From: Candidatus Omnitrophota bacterium
GTDB taxonomy: Bacteria; Omnitrophota; Gorgyraeia; Zapsychrales; Zapsychraceae
Assembly: GCA_022703565.1 (NCBI GenBank)
Contig: JAKLDK010000003.1
Coordinates: 1 to 54,603, forward strand
Direction of reading: 5' to 3'
Length of the DNA: 54,603 nucleotides
Shown: in pieces, positions 15,497-24,436 of the stretch
Position numbering within the stretch: position 1 is the stretch's first letter
How the letters are laid out: each line of letters begins with the position of its first letter
The notes under the pieces: generated by a model
The model's input: the letters and a program-made list of their open reading frames with translations, nothing else
What the model was told of the DNA's origin: nothing
Databases searched by the model: none
Translations under genes and position numbers: made by a program

Positions 15497-18061
15497 TTAG
15501 TTCTCTTCTTTAATTATTTCTTTTAATTCTTGGATTTTATTTAGGGCATCAAGAGGCGTCAAATTATTTATATCCATTGCCTCAAGCGCTGATTTAATTT
15601 GTCCGCTTAAATTATCTTTGGCTTTGTTTTGCGCAAAGAAGGTTATTTGTTTTTCTTTGGACTCGCCTTGTAAATTATCTTTCAGGTCATTGTTAAGCTC
15701 GAGCTGAGTTAAAATATTTTTAGCCCGGGTAATTACATTTTTGGGTATGCCGGCCAATTTTGCGACATAAATACCGTAACTGTCATCTGACCCGCCGGGA
15801 ATGATTTTGTGTAAGAATATAATTTCATCTTTCCATTCTTTGACGGAAACATTGTAATTTTTAACTTGTTTAAATTGATTGGCAAGCGCGGTTAATTCGT
15901 GAAAGTGCGTTGCGAAAAGTGTCCGGGCTTTTGTGTGGCATAAGTGTTCAGCTAAGGCCCAGGCCAAACTTAGCCCGTCGAAGGTTGATGTCCCGCGCCC
16001 GATTTCATCTAATATAACAAGGCTGCGCCCGGTTAAATTATTTAAGATGTCCGCGGTTTCATTCATTTCGACCATAAAAGTGCTTTGGTCTTTTGTAATA
16101 TCATCGTGCGCGCCGATACGGGTAAATATTTTATCCACCAACCCGATTGTGGTGCTTTTCGCCGGAATAAAACTTCCACTCTGGGCGAGCATAACTAAAA
16201 TTGCCGTTTGGCGGATAAAAGTTGATTTACCCGACATATTCGGCCCGGTCAAAATGATTAACTGGTTTTCTTCGCTATCAAGCAAAGTGTCATTGCTGAT
16301 GAAATTATCAGTAATAGTTTTTTCCACAACCGGATGCCGGCCGTCTTTAATGTCAATTAGAGTGCTTTCGTTAACTTCCGGGCAGATATAGCCGTTTTCT
16401 TGGGCGGTAAGCGCCAGTGAAAATAAAACGTCAATTGTGGATAAGCTCTCGCAAAGCTCATGCAACTTTGATGAATTATTCAATATTTCAGATTGGATTT
16501 CTCTAATCAACTTATCTTCCAGCGCCAACGCTTTGTCTTGGGCGGTAAGTATTTTATCTTCATATTCTTTTAATTCTTGGGTAATAAACCGCTCGCCGTT
16601 GACGAGGGTTTGTTTGCGGATATAATCGCTCGGGACCATTTTCAAATTGGTATTAGTTATTTCAAGGTAATAACCAAAAACTTGGTTATATCCGACTTTT
16701 AAAGAATTGATTCCGCTTCGTTTTATTTCCCGCGCTTGGAAATCCTTTAGCCATTCCCGTCCATTTTCCTGGATTGTTTTAAGCCCGTCTAATTCCTTGT
16801 TAAAGCCGGTTTTAATGACTTTGCCTTCGTGATTGTTCAATGGCATTTCTTCGTTAATTGCATTATTAAGGAGGTTTCGTAATTCGGGAATATCATGAAT
16901 GGAAAGAAGAGGATTTTTAAGCATAAAATTCTTAAGCAAGTTAACAAATGCCGGAATAATTACCAGGGTATTTCGAATAGCCAACAAATCTTTGGCTTGA
17001 GTGTACCCGCAGCTGAGCCGGGCGATATTTTTTTCAATATCCGGAATTTGTTTTAAAAGCTTTCTCAATTCTCCGGTGACGAGGGAATCTGAAATTAATA
17101 ATTTAATTGCATCCTGCCTTTGCTTAATGGGCTCAATTGATTTTAATGGGTTATAAAAAATAGAGCGTAACTTTCTTTTTCCCAGTGCGCATAAACAATT
17201 ATCGAGCGTGTTAATTAAGGAATCAATCTCGAGGCCTTTATGCGCCGCCGGTGAAATATAAACATAGTTGTCGTCGGTAAAGAGCGAAACTTTATCCATA
17301 TGCTTTAACGGCTGCTTATTCATTTGTTTTAAATATTCTAATAGCGCGCCGGTTGAAGAAATGCTTTGCGGCAAAGCCTCGATTCCGAAAGAATTTAGAT
17401 TGTGAATCTTAAAATGTTCGCACAATGATTTCTTGGCTATATCGCTATTAAAACACCAGTCTTCAAACGGGCTAAGAGTTATGTTCTTAGGGCGCAAGAG
17501 AGGATGATTGAATATTTTTCTGATTACATCCTCATGTCCTATTGGAAAAATGCATTCGGATACTGATAGCCGGGTTATAACATCGACGATATCTTTTTGC
17601 CTTAGCGGGATTTGATTTGTTAGAATCCTTCCGGTATTGGCATCGGTAAAGGAAAATCCCAAGACAGAGCCGTTTGGGCTTAAGGAAAGAAGAATGCGGG
17701 AGTTAATGCTGTCCTCGTCGATAAATGTGCCGCTGGTAATAATCCTAAGGATATCGCGTTTGACAATTCCTTTGGCTAAGGCCGGGTCTTCCATCTGTTC
17801 GCAGATAGCAACTTTTTTCCCTTGGCTGATTAGCCGGGTAATGTAATTCTCCGCCGCATGAAAAGGAAAGCCGCACATCGGAATCTTGCCCGATGGGTCT
17901 TTACCCCGGGAGGTCAAAACCAAATCAAGAAGGGATGACGCGTCTTTGGCATCATCGAAAAACATTTCGTAGAAATCACCTAAGCGGAAAAGCAAGATAC
18001 AGTCTTTATGCTTATCTTTTATCGAGTGATACTGTTTTAGCATGGGTGTGGGGGCATCCAT
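15497..18061 (-). CDS. mutS: DNA mismatch repair protein MutS
   Basis: The N-terminus reads TPMLKQYHSIKDKHKDCILLFRLGDFYEMFFDDA. Walker A GPNMSGKST and the motifs DEIGRGTST and ATHFHEL are present. Confidence 0.97.
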   Translation of the reverse strand: MDAPTPMLKQYHSIKDKHKDCILLFRLGDFYEMFFDDAKDASSLLDLVLTSRGKDPSGKIPMCGFPFHAAENYITRLISQGKKVAICEQMEDPALAKGIVKRDILRIITSGTFIDEDSINSRILLSLSPNGSVLGFSFTDANTGRILTNQIPLRQKDIVDVITRLSVSECIFPIGHEDVIRKIFNHPLLRPKNITLSPFEDWCFNSDIAKKSLCEHFKIHNLNSFGIEALPQSISSTGALLEYLKQMNKQPLKHMDKVSLFTDDNYVYISPAAHKGLEIDSLINTLDNCLCALGKRKLRSIFYNPLKSIEPIKQRQDAIKLLISDSLVTGELRKLLKQIPDIEKNIARLSCGYTQAKDLLAIRNTLVIIPAFVNLLKNFMLKNPLLSIHDIPELRNLLNNAINEEMPLNNHEGKVIKTGFNKELDGLKTIQENGREWLKDFQAREIKRSGINSLKVGYNQVFGYYLEITNTNLKMVPSDYIRKQTLVNGERFITQELKEYEDKILTAQDKALALEDKLIREIQSEILNNSSKLHELCESLSTIDVLFSLALTAQENGYICPEVNESTLIDIKDGRHPVVEKTITDNFISNDTLLDSEENQLIILTGPNMSGKSTFIRQTAILVMLAQSGSFIPAKSTTIGLVDKIFTRIGAHDDITKDQSTFMVEMNETADILNNLTGRSLVILDEIGRGTSTFDGLSLAWALAEHLCHTKARTLFATHFHELTALANQFKQVKNYNVSVKEWKDEIIFLHKIIPGGSDDSYGIYVAKLAGIPKNVITRAKNILTQLELNNDLKDNLQGESKEKQITFFAQNKAKDNLSGQIKSALEAMDINNLTPLDALNKIQELKEIIKEEN

Positions 18062-18349
18062 AGGACGTAGTTATAGCATAAAAGGATAAAAGAGGCAAGG
18101 GAGCAGCAATAAAATAGGGGCAGACATCATTTGTTGAATAAATAAAAGAGAAAAAATAAGAAATCAAGGATACTCGGGACACGTCTTGATTGGCTTCATG
18201 GAACATGTCCCATTGCCTGCCAGAGATTCTATAAAGAAAACGTTTTCTCAAAAACGCCAGAGCCTATGTGTTATCTTTATATTGTATTTTATACTTTAAC
18301 TATAATAAGGCCACGGTACGAAGATCTTTTAATCCTAAGGGAGGTTATT

Positions 18350-20359
18350 ATGAATATCGTAATAGATAGAGGATATTGGGGAAAATTATTGATATTATTC
18401 TTTGTTTCTTCTTTATTTATATGTCCTGCCGATTCTGCTGCCAAGACATTTGAATTATCGAAAAAAAAGGTGCTTTCTAAAGAAGAAGCCGTAATTAGAG
18501 AAGAATGCGGAAAAGTTATAACCGGGGTTGATAAGTTTGGGCAAACTCGGCCGATGATAATGACGTCTGAACACGAAAAAGGGTATTGCAAAAACTATGT
18601 TTTTTTTGATCCGAATGAAGGCCTGCCTGACCAACAAGCGGTTGCTAGCCAAGGAGAAAAAGATGGCGCTTCGACCCAGGCAGATTATTTTGATATTGTC
18701 GCTCGGTTCTCACCGGTTTGGTATCATGATACGGATGATTCTGATTATTCTGCGGAACATTTAATAAACTTTGATTTTGACGGAGATTGGAATGGGCTTA
18801 ACAATTGGGAGAATGAGCCGAACTATCCCCATTACGCAACTATTTACTATTCTGTTGTTGAAACAGCAACGCATTATTTTATTATTTATGTTGATTTTCA
18901 TCCCCGCGATTGGGCGAATACCTGTACTTTTGGAGATTGCCATGAAAATGATTTAGAAGGAGTTCAAGTGGTTGTCCGAAAAAATGATGGCCCTTATTTG
19001 GGGGCAATTGAGTATATCTCAACACAATCGCACGGGGACTTGTTGTTTTATTCCACCAATTCTTTTCCTCGGGAAATAAACGATCAAAGTTTTACCATGC
19101 GGCCAAAAATTTATGTCGAGGCAAAAGGGCATGGCGTACGTGTTGATGAAAGTAAAACTGGGCACTCAATGCCTTATGAATACCAGGGAAATTTCCCCGG
19201 AGGAGATGGAATGGTTTATCGCTACAAAGGGTCCTCGGACTTTATTCCTCAGAATGAAGGAAACGATCGTGATGTCAGCTATGCATTACTTCCAATAGAA
19301 GACGCTTTTTGGTCAAGGCGTTCGGGTGTAAATGATACTTTTACCAGCCATTTCGCGTATAACGGAGCCAGAGGTTATAGTTTTGAGCAGCCGATTTCCG
19401 GTGCTTTTAAAGGAGATACCTATGGTAATGATAAGGCTAATCCGCCTTGGGCTTGGAACGATTCCGGATATGGCAATAAAGGCGATTGGGCGATAGATCC
19501 GGCTTATTCATTTTATCTGAAAGCAAATCCAGCCCAACCATTTGCTTTGGATTATATCAATAATTTTTATTTGGCAGAATTAAACGAAAAAGGCGAGCTA
19601 TTTTCAGTCGGCTATGGTAATTCCTCGACGTATTTCCCCTATATTCTATCAATGGGGGCAACCGGAAGTAATCCGCAATGTGAAGATAATAATTACAATA
19701 AGTGGTGTGTTGATGGCGGCAATCATTTTCCTGAAAACATGATCGGTTGTTATGAAATTGCTGACGATTATGGCAGCCAGGATTGCTTTTTTGGTTCGCC
19801 AGAGCATACCAATTATATTGATTATAAATGGAACAAAGAAGAATTTCCTTATAGCCGGGAGCAGATTTATGAAATTGTTATTAGGACAATGACAAATAAG
19901 AATATTTGTTCCGGGTACCCGGGATTTGAAGATGATGACGGTTGGGAATACGGAGAGAATAATATTTTAACGCTGGTGCTTGACGGGAATAATAATTTCC
20001 GACGATACCAGTGCGAAACAGGCGGAGATCACGGGCCTTTTGTCCTACAGGTTTTCTTTGATGCAAATGGCCTGCTGGATTTTATTAAAGTTCTGGCCGG
20101 AGACCATGAAGACGAAGGGGCATTTGAAATCGTCGGAGTTGATGTGCAATTGCGTGGGTTATGTTCGGATGGGACAGTTTTTGAAGAATGCAATGAAAAT
20201 GGTAAATATTGTAATAATATGCTGAATTTAATTGACGATTGCGAAAGATGCGGATGCCCGGCTGGAAAATATTGTTCAGTGGCAACAGGTGCGTGTTTAA
20301 AGCCAGTTGGGGGTCCAAAGTATGAATTTTACGAACAGGCTGGGGGTTCAGGTATTTAA
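18350..20359 (+). CDS. Secreted protein with a possible Vps62/NPP1-like core and a Cys-rich C-terminus
   Basis: I prefer the start at ATG 18350, which is preceded by AGGGAGG; the tracked ORF begins earlier at 18266. The signal or anchor reads MNIVIDRGYWGKLLILFFVSSLFICPADSAA. The core YATIYYSVVETATHYFIIYVDFHPRDW...GDCHENDLEGVQVVVRK...STQSHG resembles the H-x-x-D-x-E pattern of the Vps62/DUF946 and NPP1 families. The last 50 aa contain 10 Cys. Confidence 0.6.
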   Translation: MNIVIDRGYWGKLLILFFVSSLFICPADSAAKTFELSKKKVLSKEEAVIREECGKVITGVDKFGQTRPMIMTSEHEKGYCKNYVFFDPNEGLPDQQAVASQGEKDGASTQADYFDIVARFSPVWYHDTDDSDYSAEHLINFDFDGDWNGLNNWENEPNYPHYATIYYSVVETATHYFIIYVDFHPRDWANTCTFGDCHENDLEGVQVVVRKNDGPYLGAIEYISTQSHGDLLFYSTNSFPREINDQSFTMRPKIYVEAKGHGVRVDESKTGHSMPYEYQGNFPGGDGMVYRYKGSSDFIPQNEGNDRDVSYALLPIEDAFWSRRSGVNDTFTSHFAYNGARGYSFEQPISGAFKGDTYGNDKANPPWAWNDSGYGNKGDWAIDPAYSFYLKANPAQPFALDYINNFYLAELNEKGELFSVGYGNSSTYFPYILSMGATGSNPQCEDNNYNKWCVDGGNHFPENMIGCYEIADDYGSQDCFFGSPEHTNYIDYKWNKEEFPYSREQIYEIVIRTMTNKNICSGYPGFEDDDGWEYGENNILTLVLDGNNNFRRYQCETGGDHGPFVLQVFFDANGLLDFIKVLAGDHEDEGAFEIVGVDVQLRGLCSDGTVFEECNENGKYCNNMLNLIDDCERCGCPAGKYCSVATGACLKPVGGPKYEFYEQAGGSGI

Positions 20360-20532
20360 TTAAAGATAATAAAGAGATCTAAAGAGAAATTTGTCATGCG
20401 GATGTGAATTAATTGATAGCTTGTTTTTTGATGTTTAGCCTTGGACTGCTTGGCAATATGCTTTTACAAATGTTATACTTTCTCCTGGTGTGTTTTAAAT
20501 CCGGCACTCTTATAAAAAAAGGGGGTACGTAA

Positions 20533-21579
20533 ATGAGAAGTTTTAAAATAATTGTTTCTATCCTTTTGCTTGTTGTTTTTGCTACGACATTCCGTGTCCT
20601 AAGTTCCTATGCCAAAGAAAAAAGCTTGATGATTGAGGCCATAATTGAGCTGGCTTTAAGCGACCTTAAAAAAGGCAACAAGGCTGACGCTATTCATGAA
20701 TTCAGCAAAGCGCTTATGGTTGATCCGGAAAACAAAACTGCTAAAAAATATTTAAAACAATTAGGCTTGGACGAAGGGCTTTACTCGCCGGTGCAAACGG
20801 ATATTAATAAGGTTTTAGCTTTAAACGAAAAACAAAAATTAAATGAGCAGAAAATAAGCGAACTTATCAATGAAAATCAGGCGATAAAAGATGAAGCCGC
20901 GCAATTGAACGAAGAAAAAGAAAAACTGATGCAAGAGAATATGCTGCGTTCGCAATACATCAGTTCTCTCGAGGAGGAAGTGGCGGCATTAAAAGGGGTT
21001 GAGCCGCTAGATAAGAATTTAGCCTATCAAAAGTTTGTAAACAACGCGGCTGATTTTGAGCTTGATAATAGGGAAGCCCAAGATAAATATTACAAGGCAT
21101 TAAAAAGGTCAATGGAATATGAAGACAAGTTGTTTGTAATGCTTAAGAAATATAATGAGCTTAAAGATAATTATAAAAATAATTATGAACATCAGGACAA
21201 GTTGATTAAAGTTTTAGAAGATTATTTGAGCCTGCGTGAAAATTCAATGGCGGATATTAAAGACGCTTTAGTTGTTAAAGAAATTGATTTGGTCAAAAAT
21301 GTTAATGCCTTGATTATTCAGGTTGAGGAATTAGATGAAATGCTTGATTCCATTGTTAGCCTAGGTGATTCGGCAGAAAAACAGTTTATTGAGCAATATA
21401 AAAACGATGTTATTTTTCTGAAAAGTGAACTTTTAGTTTTGCAGTCCGAAGCAAAGCTTTTAAGCCAGAAAGATATTAGCCCGAATGATTTAGAAGCTTT
21501 TAATCATAAAATTAATGCGGCGGAAGAAAAGCTCTCAAATCTAATTGTTAAAAAAGATAAAGTGATTGCTACCAATTAG
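20533..21579 (+). CDS. Membrane-anchored or secreted coiled-coil protein with one TPR-like unit
   Basis: It has an N-terminal hydrophobic segment MRSFKIIVSILLLVVFATTF and a TPR-like stretch GNKADAIHEFSKALMVDPEN. A long heptad-rich region rich in K, E and L follows. Confidence 0.6.
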   Translation: MRSFKIIVSILLLVVFATTFRVLSSYAKEKSLMIEAIIELALSDLKKGNKADAIHEFSKALMVDPENKTAKKYLKQLGLDEGLYSPVQTDINKVLALNEKQKLNEQKISELINENQAIKDEAAQLNEEKEKLMQENMLRSQYISSLEEEVAALKGVEPLDKNLAYQKFVNNAADFELDNREAQDKYYKALKRSMEYEDKLFVMLKKYNELKDNYKNNYEHQDKLIKVLEDYLSLRENSMADIKDALVVKEIDLVKNVNALIIQVEELDEMLDSIVSLGDSAEKQFIEQYKNDVIFLKSELLVLQSEAKLLSQKDISPNDLEAFNHKINAAEEKLSNLIVKKDKVIATN

Positions 21580-21652
21580 TTAGGAAACTCCGACTAGACA
21601 AGGGACATAAACCGTAAAAAATATTAGTTCGTGCCCCAAATTCCGCGGAATA

Positions 21653-21725
21653 GTTTAAAGTTTAATGTAAAAAGTTTAAACTAAAAACTCTTTGATCTTT
21701 AAACGTTAAACTTTCAACTGTAAAC
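21653..21725 (+). repeat. Array of tandem heptamers related to GTTTAAN / NTTAAAC
   Basis: One run reads GTTTAAA GTTTAAT GTAAAAA GTTTAAA CTAAAAA. A second run reads TTTAAAC GTTAAAC TTTCAAC TGTAAAC (21698-21725). The array lies 50-120 nt upstream of the promoter at 21775. Confidence 0.8.
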
Positions 21726-21774
21726 TTCTTTTTAAGCCATTCCGCCTTTATTTTTATATCTTCAATATAAACTA

Positions 21775-21804
21775 TTGACAAAAAAAGAGTTAGAGAGTTA
21801 TAAT
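21775..21804 (+). promoter_or_regulatory. Sigma-70-type promoter (TTGACA, 18 nt, TATAAT)
   Basis: Both hexamers are consensus: -35 at 21775-21780 and -10 at 21799-21804. An AAGGAG Shine-Dalgarno and ATG 21830 lie downstream. Confidence 0.7.
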
Positions 21805-21829
21805 AGCACTTCAGAAAAAGGAGATTGCT

Positions 21830-22072
21830 ATGAACAAACTTTCTAAAGAAGAATTGTTAAAAAATCCTAAGGTTGTTGAAGAAATCAATCGCCACAAATG
21901 GTTTAAGAGTGAAAAAGCCGGACGTGACATTGGTTTTGAAGCAGCTTGCGAAGACTGGATCAAGAACTTTTCTCAGAATTGGTTAAACAAGAATTGTTCT
22001 GATAAAAAGCCAGCCGGAGCATGTTGCACCGGAACAACTGCTAAGAAAAGAAGCGCAAAAGCTTATCTATAA
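21830..22072 (+). CDS. Small protein (80 aa) with an HKW-x-SEKAG-D-G motif and a basic, Cys-containing tail
   Basis: It has a strong promoter, an SD and a terminator. The motif INRHKWFKSEKAGRDIGFEAACEDWI resembles what I associate with DUF4032-type domains, recalled from memory and not verified. Confidence 0.65.
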   Translation: MNKLSKEELLKNPKVVEEINRHKWFKSEKAGRDIGFEAACEDWIKNFSQNWLNKNCSDKKPAGACCTGTTAKKRSAKAYL

Positions 22073-22180
22073 TTTATAAGCTAAATATCTTAAAGCGTTT
22101 TGTTTCAATGGTTTAAGACAATTTACATAATAAGCATTAATGATTTAAAAGGGACGGTTATGTCCTTTCAAAGATATATA

Positions 22181-22219
22181 AAGGCTAAAGAGTAAAATAC
22201 TGCTCTTTAGCCTTTTTTT
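22181..22219 (+). terminator. Rho-independent terminator
   Basis: A perfect 12-bp stem pairs AAGGCTAAAGAG (22181-22192) with CTCTTTAGCCTT (22203-22214). The loop is 10 nt and the stem runs into a T7 tract. Confidence 0.8.
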
Positions 22220-22341
22220 GTAGGGGGACAGGATAGGGGGCACGATAGTATCGTGACCCAAAATGACAAATTGAAAGCGGTTGCTTAATATCTTTAAATA
22301 TATATTGATTAATAAGTTACGTGTTTTATACTTTACAGTAG

Positions 22342-22350
22342 TGATATAAT
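22342..22350 (+). promoter_or_regulatory. Extended -10 promoter element TGATATAAT upstream of the fibre/pilin locus A
   Basis: It matches TGnTATAAT and lies 24 nt upstream of ATG 22374, with SD GGAGGAG at 22363-22369. An alternative promoter is TTGATT (22305-22310), 16 nt, TATACT (22327-22332). Confidence 0.45.
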
Positions 22351-22373
22351 ATCGCCATAAACGGAGGAGAAAG

Positions 22374-23831
22374 ATGAAAAAAGTAATCTTAATTAGTTTC
22401 GCAGTCCTAACCTTTATTTGTATATTTTCTTCCTTAAGCTTTGCTCAAACTGATGTTCTGCAACTGCAAACCTATTATCCTTCGCCTTACGGCCAGTACA
22501 AACAAATCGAGTCTGATAAGTTAAAAATGAAATCGGTAGATACTTTGCCTTCTTCCTGTGAGAGCGGGGAAATTGTGTTGCAGGCAAGTGCGAGTTCTCC
22601 GGATATTTTACAATATTGTTATGGCTATGATGATTATAATGGCGGAGTTATTGGCTATGAAACATATTGGGCCCCAATAGGTCTTTGGGATCAAAAAATA
22701 AGGTGTGGCTATCAGACGTTCAATACGAACTACTTGTCTTTAAACGACAATCCTGCATGTGTTGACTACGATGGTCATAATGTTCCGCGAAAAGTTGGTA
22801 TCGGAACAGCGGACCCACAAGCAGCGCTTACTCTAGGATCGTTGTCAAATCATAATGACGGAAGTTTTCTAGCGATGGGAGAACTAGATGAAGGAATTCG
22901 TTGGGACGGAGATATTATGAGCGGGCCAGCAACGGCTATGTTATGGTATCCTTCGCAAAGCGCTTTAAGAATTGGGACTTTTGATAATTGGCGTGGTAGC
23001 ATGATCGAAAAATTTTCAACCTTGATTGGTGCCGGATTAGCCCGACCGGCTTTAGGAATGACAGCTGTTGGAACATGCAACGTTGAAACAGCCTATAATT
23101 GGGAAAACTGGGACAGGGCTGATCCTATCTTTGTTGTTGGAAATGGGAGCATAAATTCAATTGGAGCATGCGTAAACACTCCGAGTAACGCACTTACAAT
23201 CCTTAAAAACGGAAACATAGGAATTGGTGCGGAAATAGCTCCAGACAATATATTAGATATAAAATCAGCTGATAGCAATATTGATGTATATACGGTAAAC
23301 GCTACACCTACGATTGCATCGGATATTAATTTAATAAGGACAAGAAATGAGACTGCATCTCCAGGGACTGCAGAGAACGATAGATTGGGAGGAATAAGTT
23401 TTCAAGGGAAGGTTAGTACAAACTTTCGTTCCGCAGCTTTGATAAGTGCTGAAGTAGATGCTGCTATTGGTAGTGGCGTAGATGAGATGCCGGGAAGGTT
23501 GATTTTTAAGACTACGTTTGATGGCGAAGCCGCGCCTCGGGAAAGAATGAGAATTAATAATGCAGGGCTTGTTACAATAGGCGTATTAAATTCTGCCCAA
23601 GGGGATATTCTAGTTAATGGAACTGCCTCAGTAATCGGGACAAATACGGTGCCTGGTATTTTACATGTGGTTAACCAAGTACCAACAGGGAGCGTGAGCA
23701 TGGCTTTATCTCCCGGGAAAAATGTTTCAGCAAATTGTACTGCAGCTGAGTTGGGAACAATTACTTTCACAAACGGGCATTTTTATGGCTGTACTGAAGT
23801 CGGTACGCCTTGGAAGCCACTTGATAACTAA
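22374..23831 (+). CDS. Secreted fibre-like protein (tail-fibre-type motifs)
   Basis: The signal peptide is MKKVILISFAVLTFICIFSSLSFA|Q. Repeated motifs KVGIGTADPQAALTLGS and NGNIGIGAEIAPDNILDIKS are present. The C-terminal GTITFTNGHFYGCTEVGTPWKPL matches the GTIKYISNDFFGYDGTAWKSL motif of the fibre gene at 52451. Confidence 0.65.
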   Translation: MKKVILISFAVLTFICIFSSLSFAQTDVLQLQTYYPSPYGQYKQIESDKLKMKSVDTLPSSCESGEIVLQASASSPDILQYCYGYDDYNGGVIGYETYWAPIGLWDQKIRCGYQTFNTNYLSLNDNPACVDYDGHNVPRKVGIGTADPQAALTLGSLSNHNDGSFLAMGELDEGIRWDGDIMSGPATAMLWYPSQSALRIGTFDNWRGSMIEKFSTLIGAGLARPALGMTAVGTCNVETAYNWENWDRADPIFVVGNGSINSIGACVNTPSNALTILKNGNIGIGAEIAPDNILDIKSADSNIDVYTVNATPTIASDINLIRTRNETASPGTAENDRLGGISFQGKVSTNFRSAALISAEVDAAIGSGVDEMPGRLIFKTTFDGEAAPRERMRINNAGLVTIGVLNSAQGDILVNGTASVIGTNTVPGILHVVNQVPTGSVSMALSPGKNVSANCTAAELGTITFTNGHFYGCTEVGTPWKPLDN

Positions 23832-23906
23832 TGAGATAAATAGGGATGGGTGCTTGAGTGCATTTGGATTTGCTTTCGATTTAGGTGCCCGTAATTCTTA
23901 AATATT

Positions 23907-24428
23907 ATGAAAAAAACAGGCTTTACTTTAATGGAGATTTTGCTGGTTGTGATTGTTGTTTCTATTCTCGCCGGATTTATTCTTCCCAATTATACTAAAA
24001 CTATAAAGATTAACCGCGAAAGAGCGGCGGCAGACAGTTTATCGCTGGTTGTTGAGAGGATTATGGCGTATAAGTCACAGTATAATATGTATCCTAATGC
24101 TGCTGCAATATTTTCAGGGCGCAATGATTCAACATCTTTTCGTAGTTACGAAATTGAAGAAGCTCTTAATTTTTATCCTTTTTATGTTGAAGACTTAATG
24201 GTCTTTTGTTGTTCAGCTAATCCCAATAATATTCATCCAAACGGCTGTAGCCCTAGCCTGCCGGTTCCTACTCCGGCAGCGCCAAAATATACTTGCGTTG
24301 CTGATGATTATAAATATGGATATCAACTTTACGTCACCTTTGATGATGAAAACAATATTATGCGTAAACCATTTTGTAACGGAACCTGCCCTTCCTGCGA
24401 AGCTTCCGGCTGTCCTTGGGAGCCATAA
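23907..24428 (+). CDS. Type IV pilin / pseudopilin-like protein (prepilin-type N-terminus)
   Basis: It carries a class III signal MKKTG|FTLMEILLVVIVVSILAGFILPNY with Glu at +5. The C-terminal half is Cys-rich, with 9 Cys. Confidence 0.8.
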   Translation: MKKTGFTLMEILLVVIVVSILAGFILPNYTKTIKINRERAAADSLSLVVERIMAYKSQYNMYPNAAAIFSGRNDSTSFRSYEIEEALNFYPFYVEDLMVFCCSANPNNIHPNGCSPSLPVPTPAAPKYTCVADDYKYGYQLYVTFDDENNIMRKPFCNGTCPSCEASGCPWEP

Positions 24429-24436
24429 AGTTATTT

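Noticed and set aside
13818-18251. Plus-strand and minus-strand ORFs overlapping mutL and mutS, including 15933..16391(+) and 18012..18251(-).
   Set aside because: They lie antisense to, or overlap, genes with unambiguous MutL and MutS motifs and have no recognisable features of their own.
18266-18349. The first 28 codons of tracked ORF 18266..20359 (MCYLYIVFYTLTIIRPRYEDLLILREVI).
   Set aside because: The internal ATG at 18350 is preceded by a strong AGGGAGG Shine-Dalgarno and begins a plausible signal or anchor sequence. The upstream extension looks like promoter DNA (TATACTTTAAC).
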